Shown: in pieces, positions 10,578 to 19,525 of the stretch
Numbering within the stretch: position 1 is the stretch's first letter
Layout of the letters: each line of letters opens with the position of its first letter
Source of the DNA: an uncultured Nitrososphaeria archaeon
GTDB taxonomy: Archaea > Thermoproteota > Nitrososphaeria_A > Caldarchaeales > Wolframiiraptoraceae
Reading direction: 5' to 3'
Assembly (NCBI GenBank): GCA_964440495.1
Contig: CAYTSD010000001.1
Span: 3,104-67,103, forward strand
Length of the DNA stretch: 64,000 nt
Notes under the pieces: generated by a model
The model's input: only the letters and a program-made list of their open reading frames with translations
Databases searched by the model: none
What the model was told of the DNA's origin: nothing
Position numbers and translations under genes: made by a program

Positions 10578-10919
10578 ATGAGCGTCAAGATAGAGCCTAA
10601 GGAACTCCGCAGACACCTCGAAGTCATAAGCCGAACAGGGAAACTAGTCCTAGGATTCAGGCAGTCCTACCTCTCAATCCTCCACAGAAAATCCAGGCTA
10701 GTAATCCTCGCAGGCAACTGTCCACCAAACCTAGAGAAGGAGATTAGGATAGCGTGTAGAATGGCTGGTGTTCCGCTGCTTAAGACGGAGCTACTTGGAA
10801 GGGAGCTTGGATTCATGCTTGGAAAACCCTTTCCAACGGCCGTCGTCTCAATCACAGACCTAGGCAACTCAAATCTATTGGAGATAGTGGCGCCGCCTGA
10901 GCAGGAAGAGGAAGCTTAA
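10578..10919 (+). CDS. rpl30e: Ribosomal protein L30e
   Basis: A 113-aa protein (GKLVLGFRQS..LVILAGNCPP) in the conserved position after rpoA. Confidence 0.85.
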   Translation: MSVKIEPKELRRHLEVISRTGKLVLGFRQSYLSILHRKSRLVILAGNCPPNLEKEIRIACRMAGVPLLKTELLGRELGFMLGKPFPTAVVSITDLGNSNLLEIVAPPEQEEEA

Positions 10920-10931
10920 ACACATTTATAA

Positions 10932-11417
10932 TTGCTTTTTCAAAAAATCCTCTGGAACCTTAGACAAGGAATGGGAAGAGCCTTGAGCGAGGGCTTTAAG
11001 CTAACCGATAAAGAGATGCGATACATATCTCTCTTCGAGGCAGCTACAGGAGCAAACGTCATCGACTGCGTGGAGTCCGAGGGAATAATAGTCTTCGTGG
11101 TGAGTCCAGGAGACCTTCCGAAAGCCTTGGCCAGAAAAGGAGCGAAGATACAGCAGTTCGCTAGGATGATTAAGAAGAGGGTGAAGGTCGTCGAGTACTC
11201 CGAAGACCCTGCGAAGTTTCTCCAGAACGCTCTCATGCCCGCTAAACTAATCGAGCCTGTGAGAATCTCGGAGCGTACCGATGGTAGGAAGGTCGCCGTA
11301 GTGACTGTTGACCCGAAGTATAAGGGGATGGCGATAGGGAAGGAGGGGAGAACCATAGAGCTTGTCCGCTACCTCCTCCGCAGACACCATAAGATAGACC
11401 ACGTAATCGTCCAGTAA
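10932..11417 (+). CDS. nusA: Archaeal NusA-like transcription termination factor (two KH domains)
   Basis: Contains the KH motif GMAIGKEGRTIELV in a roughly 140-aa core, positioned after L30e. The likely start is an internal Met (MRYISLFEA, about 11016). Confidence 0.8.
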   Translation: MLFQKILWNLRQGMGRALSEGFKLTDKEMRYISLFEAATGANVIDCVESEGIIVFVVSPGDLPKALARKGAKIQQFARMIKKRVKVVEYSEDPAKFLQNALMPAKLIEPVRISERTDGRKVAVVTVDPKYKGMAIGKEGRTIELVRYLLRRHHKIDHVIVQ

Positions 11418-11477
11418 GAGGGATATTCATAAATAGAGAGCTGTACCCGCCTCCAGTGGAGCGGTGAGAAGGAGGAG

Positions 11478-13919
11478 ATGCCCTCTCAGAATCAATCCCT
11501 AATACTCTGGTTTGAGGAGCTTAGTAAAGACGATGTCCCCCTAGTTGGTGGAAAGAACGCAAACCTGGGAGAGATGACGAAGGCGGGGATACCCGTACCC
11601 CCAGGATTCGCCATAACAGCCTACGCCTATAAGAGATTCATAGAGGAGACGGGGATAGCCCAGAAAATCTACGAAATCCTAGAAGAGACCATAACCGACC
11701 CAAAGAACCCCAAGCAGTATGAGGAAGCATCCAAGAAGATTAGGGCTCTAATAGAGTCGACGCCCATGCCTAAGTACCTGGAGGAGGAGATAATAAAGAA
11801 CTACAAGAAGCTCTCGGAGAGAAGCAGGGTTGACAACGTCTTCGTAGCGGTTAGGTCTTCAGCCACAGCGGAGGACCTTCCAGGCGCATCCTTCGCAGGT
11901 CAGCAGGAGACCTATCTAAACGTTAAGGGAGTGGAGCAGCTTCTCGAGAGCGTTAAGAAGTGTTGGTCAAGCCTCTTCACTCCTAGAGCAATCTTCTACC
12001 GAACGGAGAAAGGGTTCAGGCATGAAAAGGTCTTGATAAGCGTCGCAGTCCAGAAGATGGTTAACAGCAGGTCTGCTGGCGTGATATTCACGATTCACCC
12101 AGTCACCGGAGACCGGGGCATGATTGTGATAGAGTCTGTGTGGGGTCTCGGTGAGGCGATAGTCTCAGGAGCGGTCACACCCGACCACTTCGAGGTTGAC
12201 AAAAACACATTCAACATCCTTACAAAACAGGTTGCGCATAAGACCGTTGAATACATCCGTGACCCGAAGACTGGGAAAACAATTCACGCCGAGGTTCCCC
12301 CTGAGAGGCAGGATGCCCCAAGCCTCTCCGACGAGGAGATCGTCGAGCTGGCCAAGATAGCGAAGCGCATCGAGGAGCACTATGGGACGCCTCAGGACAT
12401 AGAGTTCGCGGTCGACAGAGACCTACCCTTCCCAGAGAACCTCTTCATAGTTCAGTCAAGGCCTGAGACGGTCTGGAGCCTGAAGGAGGCTGAAGCCAAA
12501 GCCGAGGGCTCGCAGCAGTCGCTCACAGTCGCCGAGGCCAAGATAGTTGTCAAGGGTCTCCCAGCAAGCCCAGGCGTCCACGCGGGGAAAGCGAAGGTGG
12601 TTACAACCGTCGAGGAGGCTGACAAGCTGATCAAGGAGGGAGACATACTTGTCACGAAGATGACGAACCCTGACTGGGTTCCATACATGAGGGTGGCCGG
12701 GGCAATCGTCACCGATGAGGGTGGAATGACATGCCACGCAGCAATAGTCTCAAGAGAGCTTGGAATACCCTGCATCGTTGGAGCGAAGGATGCTACAAAG
12801 ATACTGGAGACCGGTGAGACCTACACGGTTGACGCCAAGTCTGGGGTAGTGTATGAGGGAGTGGTTGAGGAGCTTCTCAAGCCTGCGAGGGAGGCCGCGG
12901 CAGCAGCGGCGGCAGGGGTCACAGTAGCCCAGGCACCGGTAGTCACAGCCACGAAGATCTACGTCAACCTCAGTATACCTGATGTCGCTGAGAAGGTTGT
13001 GAATGAGAGCCAGCCTGATGGGGTAGGTCTTCTGAGGGCGGAGCACCTCATGCTCAGCGTTGGGAAGCATCCGAGGCTTCTGATAGAGGAGGGTGGAGAG
13101 CAGAAGATGATAGACGCCTTCGCGGAAGGAATAAGGAAGGTTGCCCAAGCCTTCTTCCCGAGGCCGGTAGTCTATAGATTCCTAGACTTCAAGCCCGATG
13201 AGTTCCTCTCCCTGCCAGGCGGAGAGAAGTATGAGGAGGAGGCTGGACACGTGGGCCCCAACCCGCTCATAGGGTACCGCGGAGCCTTCCGATACATCAA
13301 GGAGCCAGACATCTTCAGGCTCGAATGCAGGGCGATAAAGAAGGTTAGGGAGGAGTACGGCCTCAAGAACGTCTGGGTGATGGTGCCCTTCGTCCGGAGG
13401 GTCGAGGAGTTTGTCCAGGCGAAGAGGATAATGGAGGAGGAGGGGCTGCGCAGCGGCCCAGACTTCAAGGTCTGGATAATGGTAGAGGTTCCCAGCACAG
13501 TCCTCCTAATCGACAAGTTCATCGAGGCGGGGATCGATGGAGTAAGCTTCGGAACCAACGACCTAACGATGCTCATCCTAGGAATCGATAGAGACGACGC
13601 AGCGGTTCAGGAGATCTATGATGAGAGAAACCTCGCAGTTAGGAGGGCTCTAAGCCACGTCATAAGAATCTGTAGGGAGCATGGGGTTACGACAAGCGTC
13701 TGCGGCCAGGCTCCATCCAACTATCCGGAGATAGTTGAGTTCCTGATTAAGGAGGGTGTGACAAGTATCTCAGTGAATCCCGACAAGGTTATAGAGACGA
13801 GGAATCTGGTAGCCTCCCTTGAGAGGAAGGTTATGCTTGAGCAGCTCAGAGACCTCCTAGAGAAGACGGGTGACGCGGGCTCAAAGTCTCCGTTACGCTG
13901 GAGCAGTGAGCTCGACTAA
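11478..13919 (+). CDS. ppsA: Phosphoenolpyruvate synthase (pyruvate, water dikinase)
   Basis: An 813-aa protein with an N-terminal ATP-grasp-like PEP/pyruvate-binding domain, a mobile phospho-His domain (GGMTCHAAIVSRELGIPCIVG) and a C-terminal PEP-utilising TIM barrel. Confidence 0.9.
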   Translation: MPSQNQSLILWFEELSKDDVPLVGGKNANLGEMTKAGIPVPPGFAITAYAYKRFIEETGIAQKIYEILEETITDPKNPKQYEEASKKIRALIESTPMPKYLEEEIIKNYKKLSERSRVDNVFVAVRSSATAEDLPGASFAGQQETYLNVKGVEQLLESVKKCWSSLFTPRAIFYRTEKGFRHEKVLISVAVQKMVNSRSAGVIFTIHPVTGDRGMIVIESVWGLGEAIVSGAVTPDHFEVDKNTFNILTKQVAHKTVEYIRDPKTGKTIHAEVPPERQDAPSLSDEEIVELAKIAKRIEEHYGTPQDIEFAVDRDLPFPENLFIVQSRPETVWSLKEAEAKAEGSQQSLTVAEAKIVVKGLPASPGVHAGKAKVVTTVEEADKLIKEGDILVTKMTNPDWVPYMRVAGAIVTDEGGMTCHAAIVSRELGIPCIVGAKDATKILETGETYTVDAKSGVVYEGVVEELLKPAREAAAAAAAGVTVAQAPVVTATKIYVNLSIPDVAEKVVNESQPDGVGLLRAEHLMLSVGKHPRLLIEEGGEQKMIDAFAEGIRKVAQAFFPRPVVYRFLDFKPDEFLSLPGGEKYEEEAGHVGPNPLIGYRGAFRYIKEPDIFRLECRAIKKVREEYGLKNVWVMVPFVRRVEEFVQAKRIMEEEGLRSGPDFKVWIMVEVPSTVLLIDKFIEAGIDGVSFGTNDLTMLILGIDRDDAAVQEIYDERNLAVRRALSHVIRICREHGVTTSVCGQAPSNYPEIVEFLIKEGVTSISVNPDKVIETRNLVASLERKVMLEQLRDLLEKTGDAGSKSPLRWSSELD

Positions 13920-14361
13920 GCCCTCAGAGAAGCACCTTAAACAGGCACGGGAGGTAGCCTCCTACATCTCCTCTCATTATTCCGGCGCAGAGAAGATAGT
14001 TGAGCTGGGGGTGGGCTTCGCTCCCTGGACGGCGCTCGAACTCCGGCGACTACTACCCCACACCAGAATTATTGTTGTGGATAAGAATCCTGAGGCTCTC
14101 CGAAATCTAAGCGGGAAGGGGCTTGAACCCCTCCTAGACGACCTCCTCACACCAACCTTGGAACACTATCTCGGAGCCAGCCTCCTCTACTCCATCCACC
14201 CGCCTCCAGAGCTTCTACCCCCTATGCTAAGGCTCGCAGGAAGGGTTGGGGCAGCGCTCCTCGTCAAACCCCTCTCAGAAGACATCTACCTCTACGGCTT
14301 CCACCCTCCCTGGCGGAGGATTAGGCTGGAGTCCACCGTAATCTTTCTCCGAGAAGGATAG
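13906..14361 (+). CDS. UPF0146-family small protein (hypothetical)
   Basis: VELGVGF, LYSIHPPPEL and LVKPL motifs resemble the archaeal UPF0146 family. The ORF overlaps the ppsA end. The start is probably a GTG at 13870 or 13906 and is uncertain. Confidence 0.55.
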   Translation: MSSTKPSEKHLKQAREVASYISSHYSGAEKIVELGVGFAPWTALELRRLLPHTRIIVVDKNPEALRNLSGKGLEPLLDDLLTPTLEHYLGASLLYSIHPPPELLPPMLRLAGRVGAALLVKPLSEDIYLYGFHPPWRRIRLESTVIFLREG

Positions 14362-14397
14362 GGTTTAAGAGCAGGTTCTCAGAGTCCTTAAGCTGAG

Positions 14398-14826
14398 ATG
14401 GGTAACGGCGAGTTCGCGGCCCGCAAGCTGAGGCAGAACCGTAAGAAGTTCAGGTGGAGTCAGCGCAAGTATAGGATTAGAATGCTTCATCTAAAGGAGA
14501 AGGTTGACCCACTTGAGGGCGCCCCGATGGCTAAGGGCATAGTCCTCCAGAAGGTTGGAATCGAGTCCCGTCAGCCTAACTCCGCCGTCCGGAAGGCTGT
14601 AAGGGTCCAGCTCATAAAGAATGGGAAGGTTGTCACAGCATTCCTTCCAGGAGACGGGGCGCTGAACGTGGTGGACGAGCATGACGAGGTAATCATAAGC
14701 GGTATCGGAGGCTCTCTCGGGAAGAGCATGGGAGACCTCCCAGGAGTCCGCTACAAGGTTGAGATGGTTAACGGCGTCCCACTAAACCTCCTAATCCTAG
14801 GCAAGGCTAAGAAGCCTAGGCGGTAG
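14398..14826 (+). CDS. rps12: Ribosomal protein S12 (uS12)
   Basis: Carries the conserved [28 protein letters not shown] core. Length is 142 aa. Confidence 0.92.
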   Translation: MGNGEFAARKLRQNRKKFRWSQRKYRIRMLHLKEKVDPLEGAPMAKGIVLQKVGIESRQPNSAVRKAVRVQLIKNGKVVTAFLPGDGALNVVDEHDEVIISGIGGSLGKSMGDLPGVRYKVEMVNGVPLNLLILGKAKKPRR

Positions 14827-14871
14827 AGGAGGCGCAATAATTTATCCATAGGTGGCCCCGGTTTCCTAGTC

Positions 14872-15660
14872 ATGGTACTGGTCTCTCCGACCCTGGTTAG
14901 ACGGAAGGTTGAGAACTACCCGCTTCTAAGGAAGGCTCTAGCATTGCTTGAGAAGAGCTCGGAGGTTCAGTCCTATCTCTTCATGGCCAACGTGATGGCG
15001 GTTCAGAGACTAATGTACAACGACCATGGCCCAGTTCATTCAAAGATTGTAGCTGGCTCGGCTCTAGAGATTCTCGACCTACTCCTTGACAACGGGTATG
15101 AGTCTTCTGTCGTCGGAGACGGCGTGGGAGATGAAGAGGATGCAAGAATGGTAGTCTTGCTCGGCGCCTACCTCCACGACATAGGCAACGCGGTTCATAG
15201 AAGCTTCCACCACATCACAGGGGTTGCGCTGGCCTCGAGGTTCCTCCCAAGGCTGCTCAAAGCCGTCTACGGAGAATGGGAGAAAGCCTACCGAATCACA
15301 CCCGAGGTTCTCCACTGCATCTTCGCCCACGACGAGAAGGAGCAGGCTCTCAGCCTAGAGGCAGGTATCACGAAGATTGCTGATGGAACCGACATGGCCG
15401 AGGGGAGGGCTAGAATCCCCTACCGCCACGGGAAATCAGATATCCACGCCCTCTCAGCCCTAGCCATCAGACGTGTTGAGATACTGAGCGGAAGCCCCTC
15501 AAAGCCTGTTAGAATCCTCGTTGATATGGAGAATGAGGCTGGAGTCTTCCAGATAGAGCAGGTTCTCGGCCTCAAGATAAAGACCTCTGGGCTGGCTAAG
15601 GCCGTTGAGATAGAGGCGCTGAAGCGTGGGGAGCCCTTCAAGACGATAACATTCGAGTAG
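14872..15660 (+). CDS. HD-domain metal-dependent phosphohydrolase
   Basis: LGAYLHDIGNAVHR is a His-Asp motif. It is inserted between S12 and S7. Confidence 0.6.
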   Translation: MVLVSPTLVRRKVENYPLLRKALALLEKSSEVQSYLFMANVMAVQRLMYNDHGPVHSKIVAGSALEILDLLLDNGYESSVVGDGVGDEEDARMVVLLGAYLHDIGNAVHRSFHHITGVALASRFLPRLLKAVYGEWEKAYRITPEVLHCIFAHDEKEQALSLEAGITKIADGTDMAEGRARIPYRHGKSDIHALSALAIRRVEILSGSPSKPVRILVDMENEAGVFQIEQVLGLKIKTSGLAKAVEIEALKRGEPFKTITFE

Positions 15661-15662
15661 CC

Positions 15663-16253
15663 TTACCTCGACGCCAACGCAACCCTCTCAAGCTCATGCT
15701 TCCTCCGCATAGCGAAGCTCTTAGCGTCGCCCTCGGCAGCCAATATTATCTCATCCGCCAAGGCTTCGTCGGTGGTCTTCCTGTTCCTAAAGCTTGCCTC
15801 TCTCGCGCCTTGAGCAATATGCCTCAACGCTAGGTCAAGCCTCCTCTGAGGAGAGATATCCACCGCTTTGAAGTAGACTATTCCACCGTAGCTAAGCCTC
15901 GTGACATCCTCCCTTGGAGCAGCGTTCTCCAGAGCTCTCACCAGAACCTGTATAGGGTTCTGCCCGGTTCTGAGGTGAATAATCTCCAAAGCGTTTCTCA
16001 CAATCTTGAGAGCCTTACTCTTCTTCCCACCGTTGGGGCCAGGCCGCATAAACATGTTGGCAAGCCTCTCAACTATGTTTACCTCAGACTTGGCGAACCT
16101 CCTATGCTCATGCCTCCCCCCTGAGTGAGGAATCACAGTAGGCTTGAGACAGATGTAACGCTTCAGCCCTGGGTCCTTGACCTCGACCTCATCCACGCTC
16201 CACTTACCGAAGATCTTGAACTTCTCCACGAGCTCCTTAGGCACCTCGCTCAT
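15663..16253 (-). CDS. rps7: Ribosomal protein S7 (uS7)
   Basis: A 196-aa archaeal S7 (KALKIVRNALEII..GQNPIQVLVRALENAAPREDVTRLSYGGIVY). It is encoded on the opposite strand to S12 and EF-1alpha. Confidence 0.9.
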   Translation of the reverse strand: MSEVPKELVEKFKIFGKWSVDEVEVKDPGLKRYICLKPTVIPHSGGRHEHRRFAKSEVNIVERLANMFMRPGPNGGKKSKALKIVRNALEIIHLRTGQNPIQVLVRALENAAPREDVTRLSYGGIVYFKAVDISPQRRLDLALRHIAQGAREASFRNRKTTDEALADEIILAAEGDAKSFAMRRKHELERVALASR

Positions 16254-16376
16254 CCAGCCTGGGAAGAGACGGCAGACTATTAAACCATTAGCCTCTTTTC
16301 AGCCGCCTATGCCTCCTCTAACCTTATATAATCCCAGGTAACCAAATTCCGTGACCGAAAGAGAGAGGTGCGCTAG

Positions 16377-17675
16377 ATGTCATCCAAGCCTCACCTTAAC
16401 CTAATAGTTGTAGGACACGTAGATCATGGCAAGTCTACGACGATGGGGCACTTCCTAACAAAGCTCGGTGTCGTGGACCAGCGAATCCTCCAGCAATATG
16501 AGGAGGAAGCCAAGCGTCTGGGCAAGGAGAGCTTCAAGTATGCATGGATTCTCGACCGTATCAGGGAGGAGAGGGAGAGAGGGCTTACAATCGACCTCGC
16601 CTTCCAGAAGTTCGAGACAAAGAAATACTACTTCACGCTCATCGACGCCCCAGGCCACAGAGACTTCGTAAAGAACATGATAACGGGTGCAAGCCAAGCC
16701 GACGCAGCTATCCTAGTGGTCTCGGCGAAGAAGGGTGAGTATGAGGTTGGGATAGCTCCAGGTGGACAGGCCAGGGAGCACGCCTTCCTCCTATTCATGC
16801 TCGGGATAAAGCAGGTCATAGTTCTCATAAACAAGATGGATGACCCGACGGTAAATTACTCTAAGGAGCGTTACGAGGAGGTTAAGCAGGGTGTTACCGA
16901 CCTCCTGAAGAGGATAGGGTTCGATGTCTCAAAGATACCCTTCATCCCCGTCTCAGGGTGGATGGGCGACAACCTCCTAGAGAAGAGCGACAAGACACCT
17001 TGGTATGATGGCCCAACCCTGCTGGAAGCCCTCGACGCGTTTCAAGAGCCTCCCAAACCCATCGACAAGCCCCTACGGATACCTATACAAGGCGTCTACT
17101 CGATTAGAGGCGTTGGAACAGTGCCTGTTGGAAGAGTTGAGACAGGGGTCCTAAAGCCAGGCGACACCGTAGTGATAATGCCCGCTGGAGTGAAGGGAGA
17201 GGTTAAGTCAATCGAGATGCATCACCAGCCTCTCCAGCAAGCCGTCCCAGGAGACAACATAGGCTTCGCCCTCAAAGGCGTCGACAAGTCCCAGCTCAGG
17301 AGAGGAATGGTTGCAAGCCATCCAGACAGTCCATGCAGCGTGGCCAAGGAGTTCATAGCCCAGATAATAGTAATCTACCATCCAACAGCCATAGCAGCTG
17401 GATACACTCCCGTAATGCATATCCACACAGCCCAGGTTGCAGTAAAGTTCGTTGAGCTCTTGGAGAAGATTGACCCGAGGACGGGCCAGGTGGTTGAGAA
17501 GAACCCCTCCTTCCTAAAGACTGGGGACGCTGCACGCGTCAAGCTAAGGCCTATCCAGCCTACGGCGTTGGAGGCCTACTCAGACTTCCCCGAACTTGGG
17601 AGATTCGCGATAAGAGACAGTGGAATGACGATAGCCGCTGGAATAGTCAGGGAGATAACAGAGAAAGGGCCATAA
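16377..17675 (+). CDS. tuf: Translation elongation factor 1-alpha (aEF-1A)
   Basis: G1 motif GHVDHGKST, DAPGH, NKMD and archaeal EF-1alpha domains II and III. Length is 432 aa. Confidence 0.95.
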   Translation: MSSKPHLNLIVVGHVDHGKSTTMGHFLTKLGVVDQRILQQYEEEAKRLGKESFKYAWILDRIREERERGLTIDLAFQKFETKKYYFTLIDAPGHRDFVKNMITGASQADAAILVVSAKKGEYEVGIAPGGQAREHAFLLFMLGIKQVIVLINKMDDPTVNYSKERYEEVKQGVTDLLKRIGFDVSKIPFIPVSGWMGDNLLEKSDKTPWYDGPTLLEALDAFQEPPKPIDKPLRIPIQGVYSIRGVGTVPVGRVETGVLKPGDTVVIMPAGVKGEVKSIEMHHQPLQQAVPGDNIGFALKGVDKSQLRRGMVASHPDSPCSVAKEFIAQIIVIYHPTAIAAGYTPVMHIHTAQVAVKFVELLEKIDPRTGQVVEKNPSFLKTGDAARVKLRPIQPTALEAYSDFPELGRFAIRDSGMTIAAGIVREITEKGP

Positions 17676-17721
17676 ACAACCTTAATTTATTCCCACTAAA
17701 ACGTATCTCCAAGGGATAGGG

Positions 17722-18405
17722 TTGAATCTAGTCATAAAGATAGGTGGACACCTAATCTTCAGGGAAGAAGGAGTAGATGTGAAACTGCTGAGAGAGCATG
17801 CCAGCATTCTCAGAGAACTCTATGACGGAGGCAGATGGGCTGTCGTAGTCGGAGGCGGAGACTTCGCAAGAAAATATGTCGAAGCATCTAGAAATCTTGG
17901 AATAAATGAAGCGGCATCCGACTCACTAGCAGTCCAAGTTACAAGAATCAATGCCAGGCTTCTCTCACTCGCACTCGGCGACGCAGCCTACCAAGCAATA
18001 CCCGCAACCCTTGACAGGGTAAGAGAATACGCAGCCCTCGGGAAGATAGTCGTACTTGGAGGACTCCAGCCGGGGCAGTCGACGGTAGGTGTGGCGGCAC
18101 TAACAGCGGAGGCGCTCGAGGCAGAGAAACTAATAATCGCAACCGACGTCGACGGAGTCTACACCAGCGACCCCAAAACAGACCCAAATGCAAAACTCCT
18201 AGAAGAAGTAACCTTGGGCAAGCTTCAGCAAATCCTCTCAAAAACCTCCCACAAAGCTGGAGAATACAAGCTAATAGACGCAATAGCTCTGAAGATTCTC
18301 TCAAGAAGCAGGATTCCAGCAATCTACATAAACGGTGGAAACCCAGAGAACCTCAGGAAAGCAATACTCGGAGAAAAGATAGGAACACTCGTCAAACCCG
18401 AATAA
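17722..18405 (+). CDS. pyrH: Uridylate (UMP) kinase, amino-acid-kinase family
   Basis: The IKIGG...VVVGGGDFARKY motif and 227-aa length are typical of archaeal PyrH. Isopentenyl-phosphate kinase is not excluded. Confidence 0.6.
   Translation: MNLVIKIGGHLIFREEGVDVKLLREHASILRELYDGGRWAVVVGGGDFARKYVEASRNLGINEAASDSLAVQVTRINARLLSLALGDAAYQAIPATLDRVREYAALGKIVVLGGLQPGQSTVGVAALTAEALEAEKLIIATDVDGVYTSDPKTDPNAKLLEEVTLGKLQQILSKTSHKAGEYKLIDAIALKILSRSRIPAIYINGGNPENLRKAILGEKIGTLVKPE
18305..18330. repeat. 26-bp direct repeat, copy 1 (gaagcaggattccagcaatctacata), inside the 3' end of the UMP kinase gene
   Basis: Perfect 26/26 identity with the copy at 18588..18613. Confidence 0.9.
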
Positions 18406-18442
18406 CCCTTATCAAAACCCCTCAAAACACATTAGGCAGAGA

Positions 18443-18559
18443 GCGGGGGTAGCCAAGCCTGGTCAAAGGCGGCGGGCTTAAGAACACACAAACCTGGTCA
18501 GAAGCTAAGAAACCCGCTCCCACAGGGGTTCGCGGGTTCGAATCCCGCCCCCCGCACCA
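18443..18559 (+). tRNA. tRNA-Leu (anticodon UAA) with an approximately 29-nt intron 3' of position 37
   Basis: Manually folded: 7-bp acceptor GCGGGGG/CCCCCGC, 3-bp D stem, anticodon stem GCGGG/CCCGC with loop CUUAAG interrupted by an intron, a 14-nt variable arm (class II), T arm GCGGG-UUCGAAU-CCCGC, discriminator A and an encoded CCA. Confidence 0.8.
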
Positions 18560-18587
18560 GTAAATGAACACATCCACTAGACACTAT

Positions 18588-18613
18588 GAAGCAGGATTCC
18601 AGCAATCTACATA
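18588..18613. repeat. 26-bp direct repeat, copy 2, 29 nt downstream of tRNA-Leu
   Basis: Perfect 26/26 identity with 18305..18330. The two copies bracket the end of pyrH plus the tRNA. Confidence 0.9.
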
Positions 18614-18675
18614 TAATCAAATCCGAGTCCCAAGTTATCTGGAAACATTAAATCATGTCCGTTGAGGAAAAATTT

Positions 18676-19506
18676 CTACTTAAAGTTTGAGATTATCTCT
18701 TTTTCAAATTCTTTAATCTTTTTTGCGGCCTCCCTTCTAGGGAATCTCCATGTTGCGGCGTAAAGACTGCATCCAGCCTTCTCATATGCCTCGACTTCTT
18801 TTAGGTAGGCTTTAATCTCATCATGTGTGGAGTATTCTGCGTATGCGTATGTGAAGTTTTCTCCTCTTCCATGCTTATGTAGAAGTTTCTCTAGCTCTTC
18901 CTTTAGTCTCTCATAGGTTGAAGGGGAAACCATTGTTGGAATCCACCCATCACCCATTTCAGCGGCGGCCTTCAGCATCCTTCTACCTGTTGTGCCCCAC
19001 CACATAGGTGGATGAGGCTTCTGAATAGGTTTAGGTTCAAGTATGGTGTTTTCCACATGATAGTATTTTCCATCGAAGTTTACACTACTCTCAGTCCATA
19101 GTCTCAGTATTAGTCTGACGCCTTCAATAGTTCTTGAAACCCTCTCAGAGTCCGGATACCATCTCCAATATCCATTAAACTCAGGTTTATACCATCCTGC
19201 TCCGACGCCTAGTACCGCTCTTCCGCCTGAGAGTATGTCGAGTGATGAGACTATTTTCGCAAGCTGCGCTGGATGTCTGAAGGGTATCGGAGTTACACAG
19301 GTTCCAAGCCTAATCTTTTCAGTATAAGCCGCAACATAGGTGAGGGCGAGCCATGCATCTAGAGTCCGATTATCTCCTGGAAAATTGTAGTGGTCCCATA
19401 TTAACAATATGTCGAATCCAGCTTCCTCGGCAGCCGCTGCAACCTCCCTTAGGAGTACTCTATCAATGTATGGGGACTGATTTGGGATTATTACTCCGAA
19501 CTTCAT
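18676..19506 (-). CDS. Luciferase-like monooxygenase (LLM) family flavin/F420-dependent oxidoreductase
   Basis: TIM-barrel LLM signatures (MKFGVIIPN..., GFD.LLIWDHY, GVGAGW). The ORF track extends it to 19578, but the probable start is MKFGVII. Confidence 0.7.
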   Translation of the reverse strand: MKFGVIIPNQSPYIDRVLLREVAAAAEEAGFDILLIWDHYNFPGDNRTLDAWLALTYVAAYTEKIRLGTCVTPIPFRHPAQLAKIVSSLDILSGGRAVLGVGAGWYKPEFNGYWRWYPDSERVSRTIEGVRLILRLWTESSVNFDGKYYHVENTILEPKPIQKPHPPMWWGTTGRRMLKAAAEMGDGWIPTMVSPSTYERLKEELEKLLHKHGRGENFTYAYAEYSTHDEIKAYLKEVEAYEKAGCSLYAATWRFPRREAAKKIKEFEKEIISNFK

Positions 19507-19525
19507 GTCTTTTCCCTCGGTGTTA

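Noticed and set aside
3660-10616. Many 60-150-aa ORFs antisense to rpoB and rpoA (e.g. 3660..3914, 4905..5273, 6737..7012, 8302..8532, 10117..10563)
   Set aside because: They lie entirely inside strongly conserved RNAP coding sequence on the other strand and have low-complexity Ser/Leu/Arg-rich translations. They are shadow ORFs.
17948-18322. Arg/Leu-rich 124-aa ORF antisense to the UMP kinase gene
   Set aside because: Composition is typical of antisense translation of a GC-rich coding region, and no motif is present.
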